From contig NW_024704742.1 of the NCBI RefSeq assembly GCF_018977255.1, positions 1,054,001-1,118,000 of the forward strand: a stretch of DNA of 64,000 nt, written 5' to 3'. Shown here piece after piece: positions 40,748 through 53,903 of the stretch. Source of the stretch: Callorhinchus milii. Lineage: Eukaryota. Under the pieces are notes generated by a model, which made no database searches, was not told the DNA's origin, and saw nothing but the letters and a program-made list of their open reading frames with translations. Position numbers and translations under genes: made by a program. Position 1 is the first letter of the stretch, and every line of letters begins with the position of its first letter.

Positions 40748-41095
40748 AATCCTTGCATTTGGTACAGCGCCTAATCACGTCTTTGAGACATCTCAAAGCG
40801 CTTCAAAGAATACACTGTAAAGTGAATTGACTGTATATTTTGTGGGGAAACGCAGCAGCCAATTGCACACAGCAGCGTCCCCACGTGGATTGAGTGACAA
40901 TTTTTTTAAAGGAATTATTACCCCTGGAAAAGCTATCCGCCAATCGTGTAACAACTGGGTTCCTAGTTACCGTTAGGTAAACACAGGCGTGTGGTGTAAG
41001 GAAACTTGCCTAAGGTTTCGCCCTACCCAGGAATCGAACCCAGGTTCTCTCGCTTGCGAGGCGAGCCCTCTCTAACCACTGAGCTGCAGGACTCC
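40748..41095 (-). mobile_element. Full-length tRNA-derived SINE, long subfamily
   Basis: Reverse complement of the 43898 family from head to tail. Confidence 0.88.
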
Positions 41096-42333
41096 AAGTT
41101 GTGTGATAGACCCTAACATTTCTCCTGAACGCCAGGCACTCGCACCATTTCCCTTGCATTTACTCAAAAGTTTCCTGAATGGGTTTTCATACCCACCTTT
41201 ACTGAATGAACAGCAGCCCCAGTGCCCCATGCGTCGTATCAAAGGAAAACAAAATGATTGGAGTCATCAGCAGGCAACTTTTCAACCTCGCTGCTCCGCT
41301 GGAAACAACCTGCTCCTTAAGTTTGCCTGTAGTGACCCCATGTGGACCTTTTTTCCAGTGCGGCAAACTCTTTCTCTGCTAATGCGACAATGTGGGCTTA
41401 TTGGTGTTTGAAGGTTTTTTTCTCTCTCTCCCCCCTCCCTCTCTCTCTCTCTCTCTCTCCCTCAGCTACTTTCTAACATCTTCCGCTCTTCGCAAGATAC
41501 GTGACTTATTCGTACAGCGCCTTTCACTTCAGGAGGACGTCCCGAAGGCCTGGACAGTCAGAGATCCGCACCTGAGCTGGTGGTTGTTCCACGTGCAACA
41601 TACTCTTCTGGCAAAGCAACTGGATCATGATCATCAGCGGGAACACTGCCCGATTCCCTAGTAGCCGGGGCTGTGGGGGCTGTGGGGTGGGGGTGGGGGA
41701 GCGGAGGTGAAGCTAGGTTTGGTGTCTCTACAGTTGCCCCCGCTGAGTACAGGGTGTTTGTGTTTATATTCCACATCTGAAGATCATTTAGATACAATCT
41801 CCTCTGTATATAAAGTGTCCAGGAAGAGGCCGTGTTAGTAGTGTGAGCAGGAGGGAATGCCTTGTGAGATTGGATAATCATCACATCAGATACCACATTT
41901 ACGCTGCCAGCCCCACCAGCCTACCTCCCAATCCCCCACTCCGCCCCCCCCCCCACCGCCGCTTCCCCATTCACAAAACAAGTCAGTCCCTAATTGAGAG
42001 GGTATAATTTTGTTTCACTTCCTCTTCTTACTCATTACGAGTAATCAAACCACGTCATTATGGAGGAAAAATGATCTTGTTACGGCCGAGATGTTGGGAT
42101 TCTTTCCTGTCATTACACTGATTGGCGTTGCTGGGGTCTTGTTGTGAAAGGCTTGTATCCTCCCTGGGGCTGCGGAGTCAATTAGTGCTTTGTCGCCTCG
42201 CTTCAATTCCAGACTCAGCACAAGTACCTGATAACAGTATGGACAGACACTGCTCATTAGCTCGGCAAACCAGCGTACAAACATACCAGTTGTCTCCCTC
42301 CCATTCCTGCCACACTGGCGACCATAGCAGCGT

Positions 42334-42500
42334 AACAATCCTTGCATCCGATATAAGGTTCCTGATCAAGCGGCCGAGACGTCGCGAAAACGTTTCGCGG
42401 AACACAAAGCGGATTCGTGGTGCATTTCATTCGCGGCCGAACCGCGGCAGCCGATTGCGCTCGGCGACATCCCACAAACAGTCGTGGATTGAGTCACCGC
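42334..42500 (-). mobile_element. SINE 3' half, unusually CpG-rich copy
   Basis: Aligns to the family (aatccttgcat...cgcggcagccgattgcgc...cccacaaacagtcgtggattgagt), with many A/T to C/G changes. Confidence 0.8.
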
Positions 42501-43312
42501 GTGTTTTTTTTCCCCCCCACATCTTCCCTTCGCTTCACTTCATTTTCATGTCCGCATCTGGAACGCTGGGCCGGCGTCAGGAGAAAGGAGACGGGAGGAA
42601 GTTTATTTCCTTTCCGTTGAAAATGTGTGAATCCTCTGCGGTGAAGTGACCCCGTCTGCAGTCAATACCTGTTTACCGCTGTGGGTGAATACTCTTTACT
42701 CGCAATAAGCCCCCGTTCTGTATCAAACTACTGCACACGTGAACTCGGATAATTATCCCGTCTCAAAAAAAGGCCAAGCAGAATATTTGGACGTCTCTGC
42801 GGCAAACGTACACCTATTTGAACATCTTTGCAAATCAGAATAAAAGCAGAGAAACAAAGATTGCGGCCGCCTTTCGATGAGGAACCGAATCATTCTTCTT
42901 CCTCCCGCCCAGTCCAGTCTCAGCACAACGCTATCAGCGGAGTGAATCCCTGTGCTATAGATCAATTAATTCGGTTACTTAAGTGCTGTCTCCAGGCGCT
43001 AATTATCACTTCGATCCCATTCTGAAACGTTGCAACATTTACTCCGTAGTGGGTAGATTTTGGTGGGGGGGGGGGTCTGATTTGCGCTATTTTTTTGAAC
43101 AATGTTTAAGGAATGCTTTAAATGGGATTTCCTTCACAGTGACCAGTCGTGGGTCACACTGACTCGCGGGAGAAACCCTTTCTGATCTGATGCGATCTAC
43201 CTCCGCCGTGGGAGATCTCGCAACGTGGTTGGGAATTTTAAACCTCTTCCTTTCCGTTACGAAGTAACACAAATTAGACCCCGGAGTTTTTTTTCAATCT
43301 GGGGACCAGGCA

Positions 43313-43348
43313 GATTGATTGATTGATTGATTGAATGATTGATTGATT
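43313..43348. repeat. (GATT)n microsatellite
   Basis: gattgattgattgattgattgaatgattgattgattg. Confidence 0.9.
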
Positions 43349-43897
43349 GCAATGGTCCTTCCAGTTCCTTACAAAAAAATTGGCTGCCGCGTTTAGCTAC
43401 AAAATGCACACTCTTTCCAGTAAATTGTGTGAAGTACTTTGAGGCGTCTTTCCGACATGAAAGAGCGCTGTACCACACACAAAAAATAACATTTGTAATA
43501 AACAAAGAAGTGTCGGTTAACCACTTAACTTCAAACATTTTTAATGATCAGTCACGCAGCAGATTCCATCCATATGAAGTATACAGTGCGGTATAAAATG
43601 TAGCTGCAGGTTTTTATTTTTTTTCGGCTGGAAAGCTGACTGTGTTCAAAGCCAGGCATTCAGGCTTTGCTCTTCCACAACCATACAGATGATTTACAAA
43701 CATCAAAGCCCATTTTGGAAAACACCCAGAAAGACATCGTTGCAGTCTCAAATGGGGAGGATGACTCTTAACGTCCAGGGAAGCAGTCCACCAACTGAGC
43801 CTTTCTGTAAAGCCTTAGAACGGAAAATGAAACAGGAACATACTGTGCTGCCAGAACCCACTGCCGTAAAAGGACATTAATGTATGATGTGGAGGCA

Positions 43898-44257
43898 GTG
43901 GAGCCCTGTAGCTCAGTGCTTAGAGCACTTGCCTCGCAAGCGAGAGGACCTGGGCTCGATTCCCGGGCAGGGCAAAAACTTAGGCAATGTTCCTTACTCC
44001 ACACGCCTCTGTTTATCTTCAGTAATTTGGAACCCGGTTGTTTGTCGATTGGCGGATCGCTTTTCCAAGGATAATAATCCTTTCAAAAAAAAATATTAAT
44101 AATAATTTGGTCACTCAATCCACGACTGTTTGTGGGGACGCTGCTGTGCGCAATCGGCTGCCGCGTTTCACCCACAAAATATACAGTCAAGTCACTTTAC
44201 AGTATATTCTGTGAAGGCGCTATATCAAATGCAAGGATTATTATTATTATTATTATT
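43898..44257 (+). mobile_element. Full-length tRNA-Ala-derived SINE, long subfamily
   Basis: A and B boxes, anticodon loop ctCGCaa, body, and aaatgcaagg(att)n tail. Confidence 0.9.
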
Positions 44258-45889
44258 AAAACTGCTTTGTTGCTAACTGATGGTTGAATCCACAATAAAT
44301 GACCCACAGACATCAGCATTGAGAACAGTGTTTACCATAAAATTATACAATATACAGGATGAGGGCTTACATCCCATTCCGTGTTGACTGTTTTAAAGAG
44401 TAAACCTGACAGTCGAGTTCACCTGCCTTTTCCCCGTACCCCTGAAATTGACTCATTTTTAGAAATCTATCTACTTCGCTTTTGAAAGCTAATATGGGTT
44501 CTGCCTCAGTCACTGCTCCCGGGCAGAGGATTCCTCTTGCGCTTAAAAAAAAGTCTCCTAATCTTCCCGTTGCTCATTTGCTAGCTATCCTAAACTGATG
44601 CCGTGCACTATTTCCAATATGTCTGGTTATTCCTCGTGGAATTTCAAGGTTAAACCGGTACGTTTGAGGTCTGTGTTAGGTTTGAAGTTCGGGCAGTTTA
44701 GAGACCGAATATCGAATGTGTAAATTTCTATCATATTCCCGTTTGACTATAAATATATAGTTGCTGTATCTAACAGAAAAACTCTGTGAAGCACTTTGGA
44801 ATATGTTGATGTGATAGGATTGTTACTACTATTAAAACTCAGTTAAAGGCACTTTCCTCAACGCTGCAGGAAATGGGATCCCTCTATGGCTTGGCCTGTT
44901 AAGATGATGCCTGAATCCCTTGTGATGGAGCCCTTCTCTACAGCTTGCTGGCATATGCTTATTTTCCAATGCGAAATATGGTTAATTCTCTCAAGATAAT
45001 TAGCGCCCAGGGAAAAAGAATTTCAAAAGCCTCCGATTTCAGCACATCGTGTTTTATTTGGGTTATAATTGTAGCCTGAAACAGGTCTCTTTTCAATTGG
45101 GCTTAAACTGAAGTTTTTGGTACAGTAGTGATGAGCTGCGTTAGAGACCATTGTGTGTGTGCTGCCTCAATGATCGGAAGGATATAGGTTGGCAGCCATG
45201 GACTCCCCCGTGGTGAATTCTGGAGGCGGAAAAGCACTTCCTCCAGGAAGATCTGGCAGAACTGCTAGCTGGAGGCTCACCGTGGTGATATCACTTCAGT
45301 AATTTGGAACCCGGTTGCTAGTCGATTGGCGGATCGCTTTTCCGGGGGTAATAAACCCTTCCAAAAAAAAAAAAAACTACTAATAATTTGGTCACTCAAT
45401 CCACGGCTGTTTGTGGGGACGCTGCTGTGTGCCATTGGCTTCCGCGTCTCGCCCACGAATATACAGTCAATTCATTTTACAGTATATTCTGTGAAGTGCT
45501 TTGAGACGTCGCAAAGACATGATAAGAGGGTAGGTCAAATGCAAGGGTTGTATAAGATAAGTGTTGCCATCGCTGATATCTGGCCATGGCAGGTGTGGGA
45601 GTGGGAATGGGTGGGGAGAGAGACAGAAGAAGATGCAAAAGTATCTGCAAATTAAAGCAAGGAACAATTTCACCGAAGAACAGGAAGATATCTGTTGCAC
45701 TCCTAAACCGCTCAACAAAGTTTCTTTCCCGGAAGCAATACTTGGAGTCAGTACTGTATATACCTGCAGGTCATAGTGATGTGCGTGAATCCAGTCGAGT
45801 GTGCAATTGGTGTCGAATACTTTGTTGACAGATGTGTTGAGCAATAGTCTTTAAATTTTGATTTCTCGTTCAGCTAGGTGTCATCCTAT

Positions 45890-46212
45890 GTGGAGTCCTG
45901 TAGCTCAGTGGTTAGAGCACTCGCTTTGTAAGTGAGAGACCTGAGTTCAATTCCAGGCAGAGGGCGAAACCTTGGGCAAGTTTCCTTACTCCACACAGAG
46001 CCTAATAATAATCCCTCCAAAACCAAAAACAATAATAAAATTGGTCATTTTCAATCCACGACTGTTTGTGGGACATTGCTGTGTGCAATTGGCTGCCGCG
46101 TTCGCCCACAAATATACAGTCAATTCACTTTACAGTGTGTTCTGTGAAGCGCTTTGGGACGTCCTCCTGACGTGAAAAGCGCTGTATCAAATGCAAGGAT
46201 TATTATTATTAT
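45890..46212 (+). mobile_element. Full-length tRNA-Ala-derived SINE, short young subfamily
   Basis: Pol III A box tagctcagtgg and B box gagttcaattcc; partial Deu-like core gtttgtgggacattgctgtgtgcaattggctgccgcg; L2-like tail and (att)n. Confidence 0.9.
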
Positions 46213-46644
46213 GCAGTTGACACCCATGAATTTAATATGAACCGAAGCTGGCTTCCCTTTCGGTTTTCAACATACACAAGAAAGAAGACTCCTGATTTAC
46301 GGCCCAAAATAGGATTCCTATTTGTGCTTGCGAGACAGACCATAACTCATTCCTTTGTTGGCCCTGCCTTGCTCGTGGTATTGAGATCATATTTCTACGA
46401 ACCTCGTAGAATTAAATTAAATGTTATTATTTCCAGTAAGCCATACCCAGTATCGACTCACCGGAGACGGAATAGCAATGACTAATACATTAAGGTACGA
46501 AAATGAGAAACCATCATTTTTGCCTCTGGTGAATCTAGTTATATGAGAAGTGGGTCTGAGTCTTATAATGAAGTAGTGAGCAATGCGTATGAATGGTGGA
46601 GAGGCAGCCGAAAGCATAAAGGGTATAGTGGTTACAGTCCCTTC

Positions 46645-46862
46645 TCCTCACTCCCTCCCTCGCTTCCTTCAAGGCACGCCTCAAGACCCTCCTTTTCGAC
46701 TACGCCTTCGGTAACCCTCCTACCCCCTACCCTCCCTTCCCTCCACCCCTCCTGAATTCCAACCCCTGCTTGGGTCCAAATCCCTGACTGTCCAGTGCCT
46801 TGAGATGTCCTCCCAATGTGAAATGCGCTATAGAAATGTAAGTTGCTGTTGTTATTGTTGTC
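46645..46862 (+). mobile_element. L2 3' fragment
   Basis: ccttcaaggcacgcctcaagaccctccttttcgac...gagatgtcctcccaatgtgaaatgcgctatagaaatgtaagttg. Confidence 0.75.
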
Positions 46863-47959
46863 GTAAACTGGGGATTTATTCCCTGGAATTGGGAAAGTGG
46901 TGCAGGGGATTTAATTGAGGTGACCAGGATTGTGAAAGGCATCAATCAAATGAAACAGTGAACAACTTTCATCTTTATAAGGCCAATGACCCTCTCGGGT
47001 CAATCAGTCTGTAGAGGATGTAAGCTCAAGTTGAGGCTACATGGGTTATAATAATAATAATTATAATAATAACAACAATAATAATCCTTGCATTTGATAT
47101 AGCACTTTATCACATCTTTGAAATGACTCAAAACCTTCACAGAATACATTGTACATTGTGTGCATTTTGCTTTTTGTATTTTGTGACTGTGTATTTTGTG
47201 AGCGAAAGGCGTAGGTTTTGGAGAGCCACGGATGAAATCTTGACTGAGGGCCTAGAGAAGAAAATGGATAGACACTTAAACTAGTAACTAGTTAGAACTA
47301 TTAAAGGTATGATGAAGAGACATGAGAGAAGCGAGATTAGGGGAGTGGGGCCTCTGGGACAAGAAGCCTTCTCCTGTTTCTAAATTTCCATGTAATCCTA
47401 TGTAAAGAAATGCTTTCATCTGCCAGCTTTGAAGAACAACTAATACCCAACTTGCTGATACTCAGTGCACTGTGATTGATTGAACCTCTGTTGAGGCAAC
47501 AAAGGAATCTTTCATGAAGAAGCATCGTACCCGAGCAGGCAGATTATTAGCAAGTGCCAAGGAGCAGGGACGGAGGATTTTTCACACTGAATCACAGCAC
47601 GCTGTTCCTTTCCAAGATGACCTAAGATCTTACAACTGACAAGTACTGTGGGAATGTTATCTCCATGATCCTCTTCACAAGTGAGAATACAAACAGGAGT
47701 TTTCGCTGTTTCAATACTCCTATGATACGTACTTTCTGTACATCCGATAAAAGATTTTCCAGCAGGGAAAAGATGGTGACATTTTCTCGTCTCTTCGGTT
47801 CCTTTACAGGATTGCCTTATCTTTTTTTAAAAAAAGCAGTTTTATAACCTCGTGTATGGGACAATAACACTAGCATCTTATAGTTATCTCTCAGTGTCAC
47901 CTGAGTAGTCTGTTTAATTGAGATTATGATACATATTACATTGATTTTACAACTTTCAA

Positions 47960-48430
47960 TCCCACTGCCCTACCTTATCCCCAAACCTTTTCAAGCCTTT
48001 AATCTTCATACTACTGTCTTCTTCCCTCTCGAAACCCACAATTGTTTTTGCCACCTCACTTGGCAGGGCATTCCGCATCCCAGCAACTCTCTGCGTAAAA
48101 AAGAATTCTTCTAAATTTCCTTTTCACTCTTCTTGTGACTATCTTATATCTATGCTCCCAGTATCACCCCCATCAGTGGAAATAGCTGCTCCCTGTTCAC
48201 CTTGTCAATACCACTCATAATTCTGTACATCTCTATCAGATTCCCTCTCAACCTACCTGCTCCTTCTCCCTCGTGTACGTATCAAGTTTCCTCTTAAGTA
48301 TGTTGATGCTTTTTTTTGCTTCAACCCCACAGCTACTGGTGCGTATTATCACCACCCTCTAAATAAAGAAGTTTCTCCTGAACTGTTACTAGCTATCTCA
48401 TATCGATGCCCCTCATTTTGGACTCACAAA
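47960..48430 (-). mobile_element. CR1 LINE 3' fragments
   Basis: Minus strand RGNLIEMYRIMSGIDKVNREQLFP...FFLRRELLGCGMP-type CR1 tail. Confidence 0.7.
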
Positions 48431-48758
48431 CAAACGATGTCAGGGTCCCAGCCTGGCTCAGTTGGTGATGCCCTCACCTCTGAGTCAGAATGTTGTGGGT
48501 TTGAGGCCCACGTCAGGGGCGGTGGCGGTGGGTGGGGGGGGGTGGGTTTAAGAAGGGTCTATAGCGCCTTATCATGTCATCGAGACGTCTCAAAGTGCTT
48601 CACATGATACACTGTAAAGTGTGTAATACTGTGTATTTTGTAAGCGAAATGCAACAGCCAATTGGGCACAGCAGCAGTGTCCCACGAACGGTCGTGGTCT
48701 GAATGACCAAATAATGATTATTTTTTGAAGCAGCTATTACCCCCGGAAAGCGAGGCTC

Positions 48759-48759
<1 letters not shown>

Positions 48760-48791
<32 letters not shown>
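48760..48791. repeat. (TG)n microsatellite
   Basis: Perfect GT run. Confidence 0.95.
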
Positions 48792-48796
<5 letters not shown>

Positions 48797-50101
48797 GCAC
48801 CTTTTGGCCCACGTGTGGCAATTGAGGCTACTGCCCGTAGAATGTACATCACGTCACACACATGGTATGTCAAACACACAGAAGCCTCTGGTTAACAGTC
48901 ACAACTAAGCAGCTCCAGTTATCCCTTTGAGTGCTGGCAGGGTGATCCTTTTTGCAGTCCGCAAACAAGCATATGGAAGGGAAGGGTCGTCAAATAGTTC
49001 GTCAAATGGTTTTAAGAATAGGTTCTGTGGAAATACAGCTAAGCGAGTCTTCACTAATTAATATATTTTTTATTGGGTTGAACTTCCCATAACGCCTTAC
49101 TCACTGCCCCTGTGGGGAGAGTTATATAAACGTACATTATCGTGGTTCTTCAGGCATCCATTTTCCTGTTAGCCATCATTTCTTCCCCATCTTCTCCGTG
49201 CCCCAACCCCACCCACCCACTCCCCCGAATTGATATGCAAACACTTATAAAAGATCATAACTGGTAGAAAGAGAGAAGGTCGTAATTTGTAATCACAGTT
49301 AACCATCAGGTTCAAGATGTAAAACATCCATCTCAGTGAGGATTGTCACCCACAGTAGTGATTGGCTCTTTTGCACAGGGTCTTTTGAGTAGAAAAATTA
49401 TTCCGCGTTACACACAGTGCCTTTGATGATACACGACTACAATGGGAAATCCCATCAGAGGCCGACGTTGCCAAAGGCATTGTGAGTAATGCTGGATGAA
49501 TTTTTTACCCATTTGGATGGAACTGGAGGCTGTGATATGGTGGAACTATGACTGATTCTTTTAAGTGTCCCAACGGTTTTCTTTGAAACTTTACAGCTCG
49601 CTAAGAATATTCTTCTGGACTTGTTGTAATATATCATGTTGCAATGATCAAGAAGTGATGAATATTTCAATGGCATCGTCAATGAAAGCATTGCATGTAC
49701 GGATCATTCCTATCACATATGCAACAAACATTCCATTAACTGCACCACTGGCTACATACATACAGTGAAATTCCTCACCTCCAAAGGAAATAACTCAAAT
49801 GACTACTGAGAGTTGACTGGTTATCCAGAGTGCAGTAACCCAAAAGTACAAAGTACTTGAACCAGCGCGGGAAAGAAGTTTCTAAATTTCTTTACTTCTT
49901 TTTAATTCAAAATGCTCGCATAAGTGTTCAAGACATTGACAGTGGCACACGCACAATGCAAAAACCGAATGGTAAACCTGTCACTGCATGGATACACGAA
50001 CTGCAAGCAAACTGATAACACAGCGCAGAGCAAAAATGACCACAGACACAGGAATGTTAGCTGATTAGAATTCTGTAACTGATCAGAAGTACAAAACTCA
50101 C

Positions 50102-50431
50102 AATAATAATAATAATAATAATAATCCTTGCATTTGATATAGCGCTTTTCACGTCGGGAGGACATCCCAAAGCGCTTCACAGAACACACTATAAAGTGAA
50201 TTGACTGTATATTTGTGGGCGAACGCGGCAGCCAATTGCGCACAGCAATGTCCCACAAACAGTCGTAGATTGAAAATGACCAATTTATTATTGTTTTGTT
50301 TTGGAGGGATTATTATTAGGCTCTGTGTGGAGTAAGGAAACTTGCCCAATGTTTCGCCCTCTGCCTGGAATTGAACTCAGGTCTCTCACTTGCAAAGCGA
50401 GTGCTCTAACCACTGAGCTACAGGACTCCAC
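50102..50431 (-). mobile_element. Full-length tRNA-Ala-derived SINE, short young subfamily
   Basis: Near-identical reverse complement of 45890-46212, including the same internal deletion. Confidence 0.9.
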
Positions 50432-51544
50432 AAACACAGCTCAAGCTAGGTGACAGGAAAGGGAATCTGTTACCCTCACGCCAGACTGCGTGGGGAGATG
50501 AAGTTAGCGGAAGGAGGAAGATGGGGAAGTACAGTACCCAACCAGCCTGACACTAATCCGTTTTCGCGCCTTTTTAATTCCTGAATTGTTTAGCAATTTG
50601 AAGGGTAAATAAAATCATGAGTTTCAGAGGTATGTAACATGGAAGCACCGTCTCAAATGTGTGAAATCCTGACTAGTTATGAGATATCCAGGGTGACTAG
50701 TTATCAGAGGATCATAATTTTAAAAAAAATGTATGGGGAAACAGCCAAGATATTGAGTGAGTGACAAGTAATGTGAGGTCGACTACTTATCCCAGGGGCG
50801 GGTTATCAGAGTATCGCTCTGCATGCACCCAAAGACTGCCTAAAGTCACAATTTGGGAGCACAGGGAAGTGCCGCAGAGTAGAGTGGTGCATCAGTCATT
50901 TCACACTCCCCCTGTCCTCAGACGGCCTCTATGAGGAAATCTGATACGTGGAAAGGCGCTAAAGGGCTAATGGCCCAGAAACCTTTGGAGCACAGCTTCC
51001 GAAATTTGGTGAGTTTTGTAGCAAAGCCACTTTTACAAAAGTCAAGCCTAGAAATCAGGCAAAGTGACCTGGCTCCTGGTTTCACCTTTCAGACTTGTAT
51101 TGTGAAATGGCCGTGATTTTGTTCACACATTCAGGTGGTGTCTCGCTGTCCCTGATATCTCTTATCGCCGATAAAGCACATAGCCTCTACGCTTTACAGT
51201 ATACCATGTGAAGAGCTTCACGACGTCTTGACAATGTGATCAGCAAGGATTATTATTATGATTATTATTATTATCTTGGATGAAGTGAGCTACGCATAAA
51301 TATGAAAACTGTGAAATACTGACTTTGGTTTGTTGCCGGATAGGGAAGGACGTCATTTGCATTTTGTGTGTGTATGTAACTCAGTCTGTTATAGGGTATA
51401 ATTGTGACGGGGTAGGGAGGTGGCGAGGGGAGAGAGAGAGAGGAAACATCATACGTTATGTCATTTGGGGGAATTCTTCCCCAGGACAACCAGAGGAATT
51501 TGTTTAAATTCAGCTGTTGTGTATTGGAGCAAAAGGACTATACA

Positions 51545-51670
51545 GGTGTGAGTGTGTATGTATGCATGAGTGTGCAAATATGTGTGTACGTGGATTGGAT
51601 GTGTGTGTGTGTGTGCATGTACGTGTATGTATGTGTGGATGTGTATGTGTGTGTGTATGTACTCATATAC
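51545..51670. repeat. Degenerate (TG/TATG)n microsatellite
   Basis: Visible directly in the sequence. Confidence 0.85.
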
Positions 51671-53507
51671 ACACATATCTACCCCCCCCCATCCCGATCC
51701 CCTCCGCCACCACCGCTGGGGTCTGAAATACTGACTGTTCAGGGTCTTGGGATGTCCTCCCGACATGAAAGGCGCTTTACACATGTAAGTTTGTTGTTGT
51801 TATAACGCATGTGTCTGAATGTGTGTGTGTATATATATATGTATAAATATGTGTGTGTACGTGTACGAGTGGGTAAATAGTTTTGACATGATTAATGAGG
51901 GATACATTAGCTCTGACAGCAAGAGTTGTTTGCATTGGAACATCAATAAAGGGCTCCATTGCCAGCAGCCAAAGATTTAATTTAGTTTCTCTCTTAAAAA
52001 ATGTAAAAGGTGTCACGAAATTCTTAGTCTTCGGACGAACGCGAAGCTTGAGTTATTGTTCTCCAAACAACCAAAAAGACCACAGAATCTCTCTATTGGT
52101 ACCTACCCATTCAATGTTTAAAGAGGCATCTTGCCATCTGCAGTGGAGTTTTTGCTCTCCCGCTCAGTGGTTCAGATTAGGACATTAAGTAGAAGACTTG
52201 TTTTAATTCTGGCTGCAGAATAGGCCCTTGAGAGTCTTGGCAGTTTCTGTAGCTCTGCGTGACATGCTGAGTGGCAAGGCTGTAATTAAACCCCTATAAT
52301 CAACTGCTTCCCCACTGGCATAATGTCTGCTATAAATCTGCCTACTTCAATTGCTCATTCAGTACCTCAGGGCAATCTAGAACCACAAACCACCAACTTG
52401 TCAGCTGTAGTTACTTATGCTACTCAGGACAGCCTATTAAAGGTGCCATGGCAGATCACAAGCTGGTTGAGACCTCAAGCCTATAAACCGTAGTTACACA
52501 ATAATGGCCTATTTCTTTGTTACTAAGAATGATTTTACCATTGTCTGATACACATCGATGGATCAAACGGCCTCCTTCTGTGCTGTAAATTTCTATGATT
52601 CATTTACAACTACGTATATCCTCGAAGCTTCTTTGCATCTGAATCTACGATGATATGTTTTAACTCCATCAGGAGCAGCCGCTCAGCTAGTATCAGGCCT
52701 TGAAATTTGCAAAGTGTATATTGGATACCTTGGCGGCTAATTCACCATATTCGCAAAATTTCAGCTTCTGTTTTGCAACAGCAACACGTTGCCCTTCACT
52801 CGGGTAGAGTCTCGGAGCGCTCAACAGCTGAGTGGTTTGCATTCCAATCTGCGGCATTTACAGGATGCTTTGGGATGTCCTCCCAACATCAAAGGCACTC
52901 TACTAATGTAGATTTGTATTGCATTGTATTGTCTTCACGCCCGATTCCACAAAACAAAAGTGTTGAAAAAGGCTGGAGAACAAAGTCCATTTTCCATTCA
53001 AACGTACTTTCAGCGCTTTGAGGCTTCTCGAAGACGTGATAAGGCGCTATATCAAATGCAAGAATTATTATTATTATTATGATTATTTTCCTCTCCAGCT
53101 GCACTTTGGTGGCTTTTAGAAACTGCAGTTTGCAGGCATCATAAATTAGAACCAAGTGAGGTTTCTTTTGGCATAAAGGTCAATAATGTTTCTGCTCATG
53201 TCCACTCCCCCCCACCCCATGATCTAATAGCAACGACAACTTCCACTTATATGATGCCTCCCACATAGAATAATGTTTCGGAGCATTTTTTAATTTTTTA
53301 TGGTTATTTTTAACCAGGTTAAAAATTCTTGTTACTGATATTTGTCCAGCTGCCTACAGCGCCCTCTCACTGTAATAGTCTGCCTTATCCTCTATTGCAG
53401 GTTCTCAGTCACCCCGTCATTATGTTGCCCAAACTGGCTTCACAACCACTGATTTTCATGGCAGCGGCAACAAGTCTAGAATTGAGCTACGTGATAAGTA
53501 AGGTTAG

Positions 53508-53903
53508 ATAATAATAATAATAATAACAATAATAATAATCGTTGCATTTGATGTAGCGCCTTATCACGTCTTCAAGACGTTTACAAAGCGCTTCACAGAA
53601 TATACTATAAAGTGAATTGACTGTGTATTTTGTGGGCGAAACGCGGCAGCCGATTGCGCACAGCAGCGTCCCCACGAACAGACTTGGATTGAGTGACCAA
53701 ATTATTATTTATTTATTTATTTTTTGAAGGGATTATTAGCCCTGGAAAAGCAATCCGCCAATCGACTAACAACCGGGTTCCTACTTACTGCTAAGTAAAC
53801 GGGAGCGTGTGGAGTAAGGAAACTTGCCTAATGTTTCGCCCAGCCAAACACAGGTCCTCTCGCTTGCGAGGCGAGTGCTCTAACCAGTAAGATGCAGGAG
53901 TCC
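53508..53903 (-). mobile_element. tRNA-derived SINE, long subfamily
   Basis: Head-to-tail match to the family, with a small deletion at the B box. Confidence 0.88.

Noticed and set aside
42122-42649. 175-aa ORF
   Set aside because: It runs through a GC-enriched SINE and shows no recognisable domain.
45890-45965. tRNA-like sequences (also at 43898, 41030, 50360 and 54670)
   Set aside because: They are SINE heads that continue into the SINE body and lack a proper acceptor stem.
51271-51489. ORF containing PPPY
   Set aside because: It is downstream of the TM exons (the wrong position for an NDFIP PY motif) and arises from a purine-rich simple tract.
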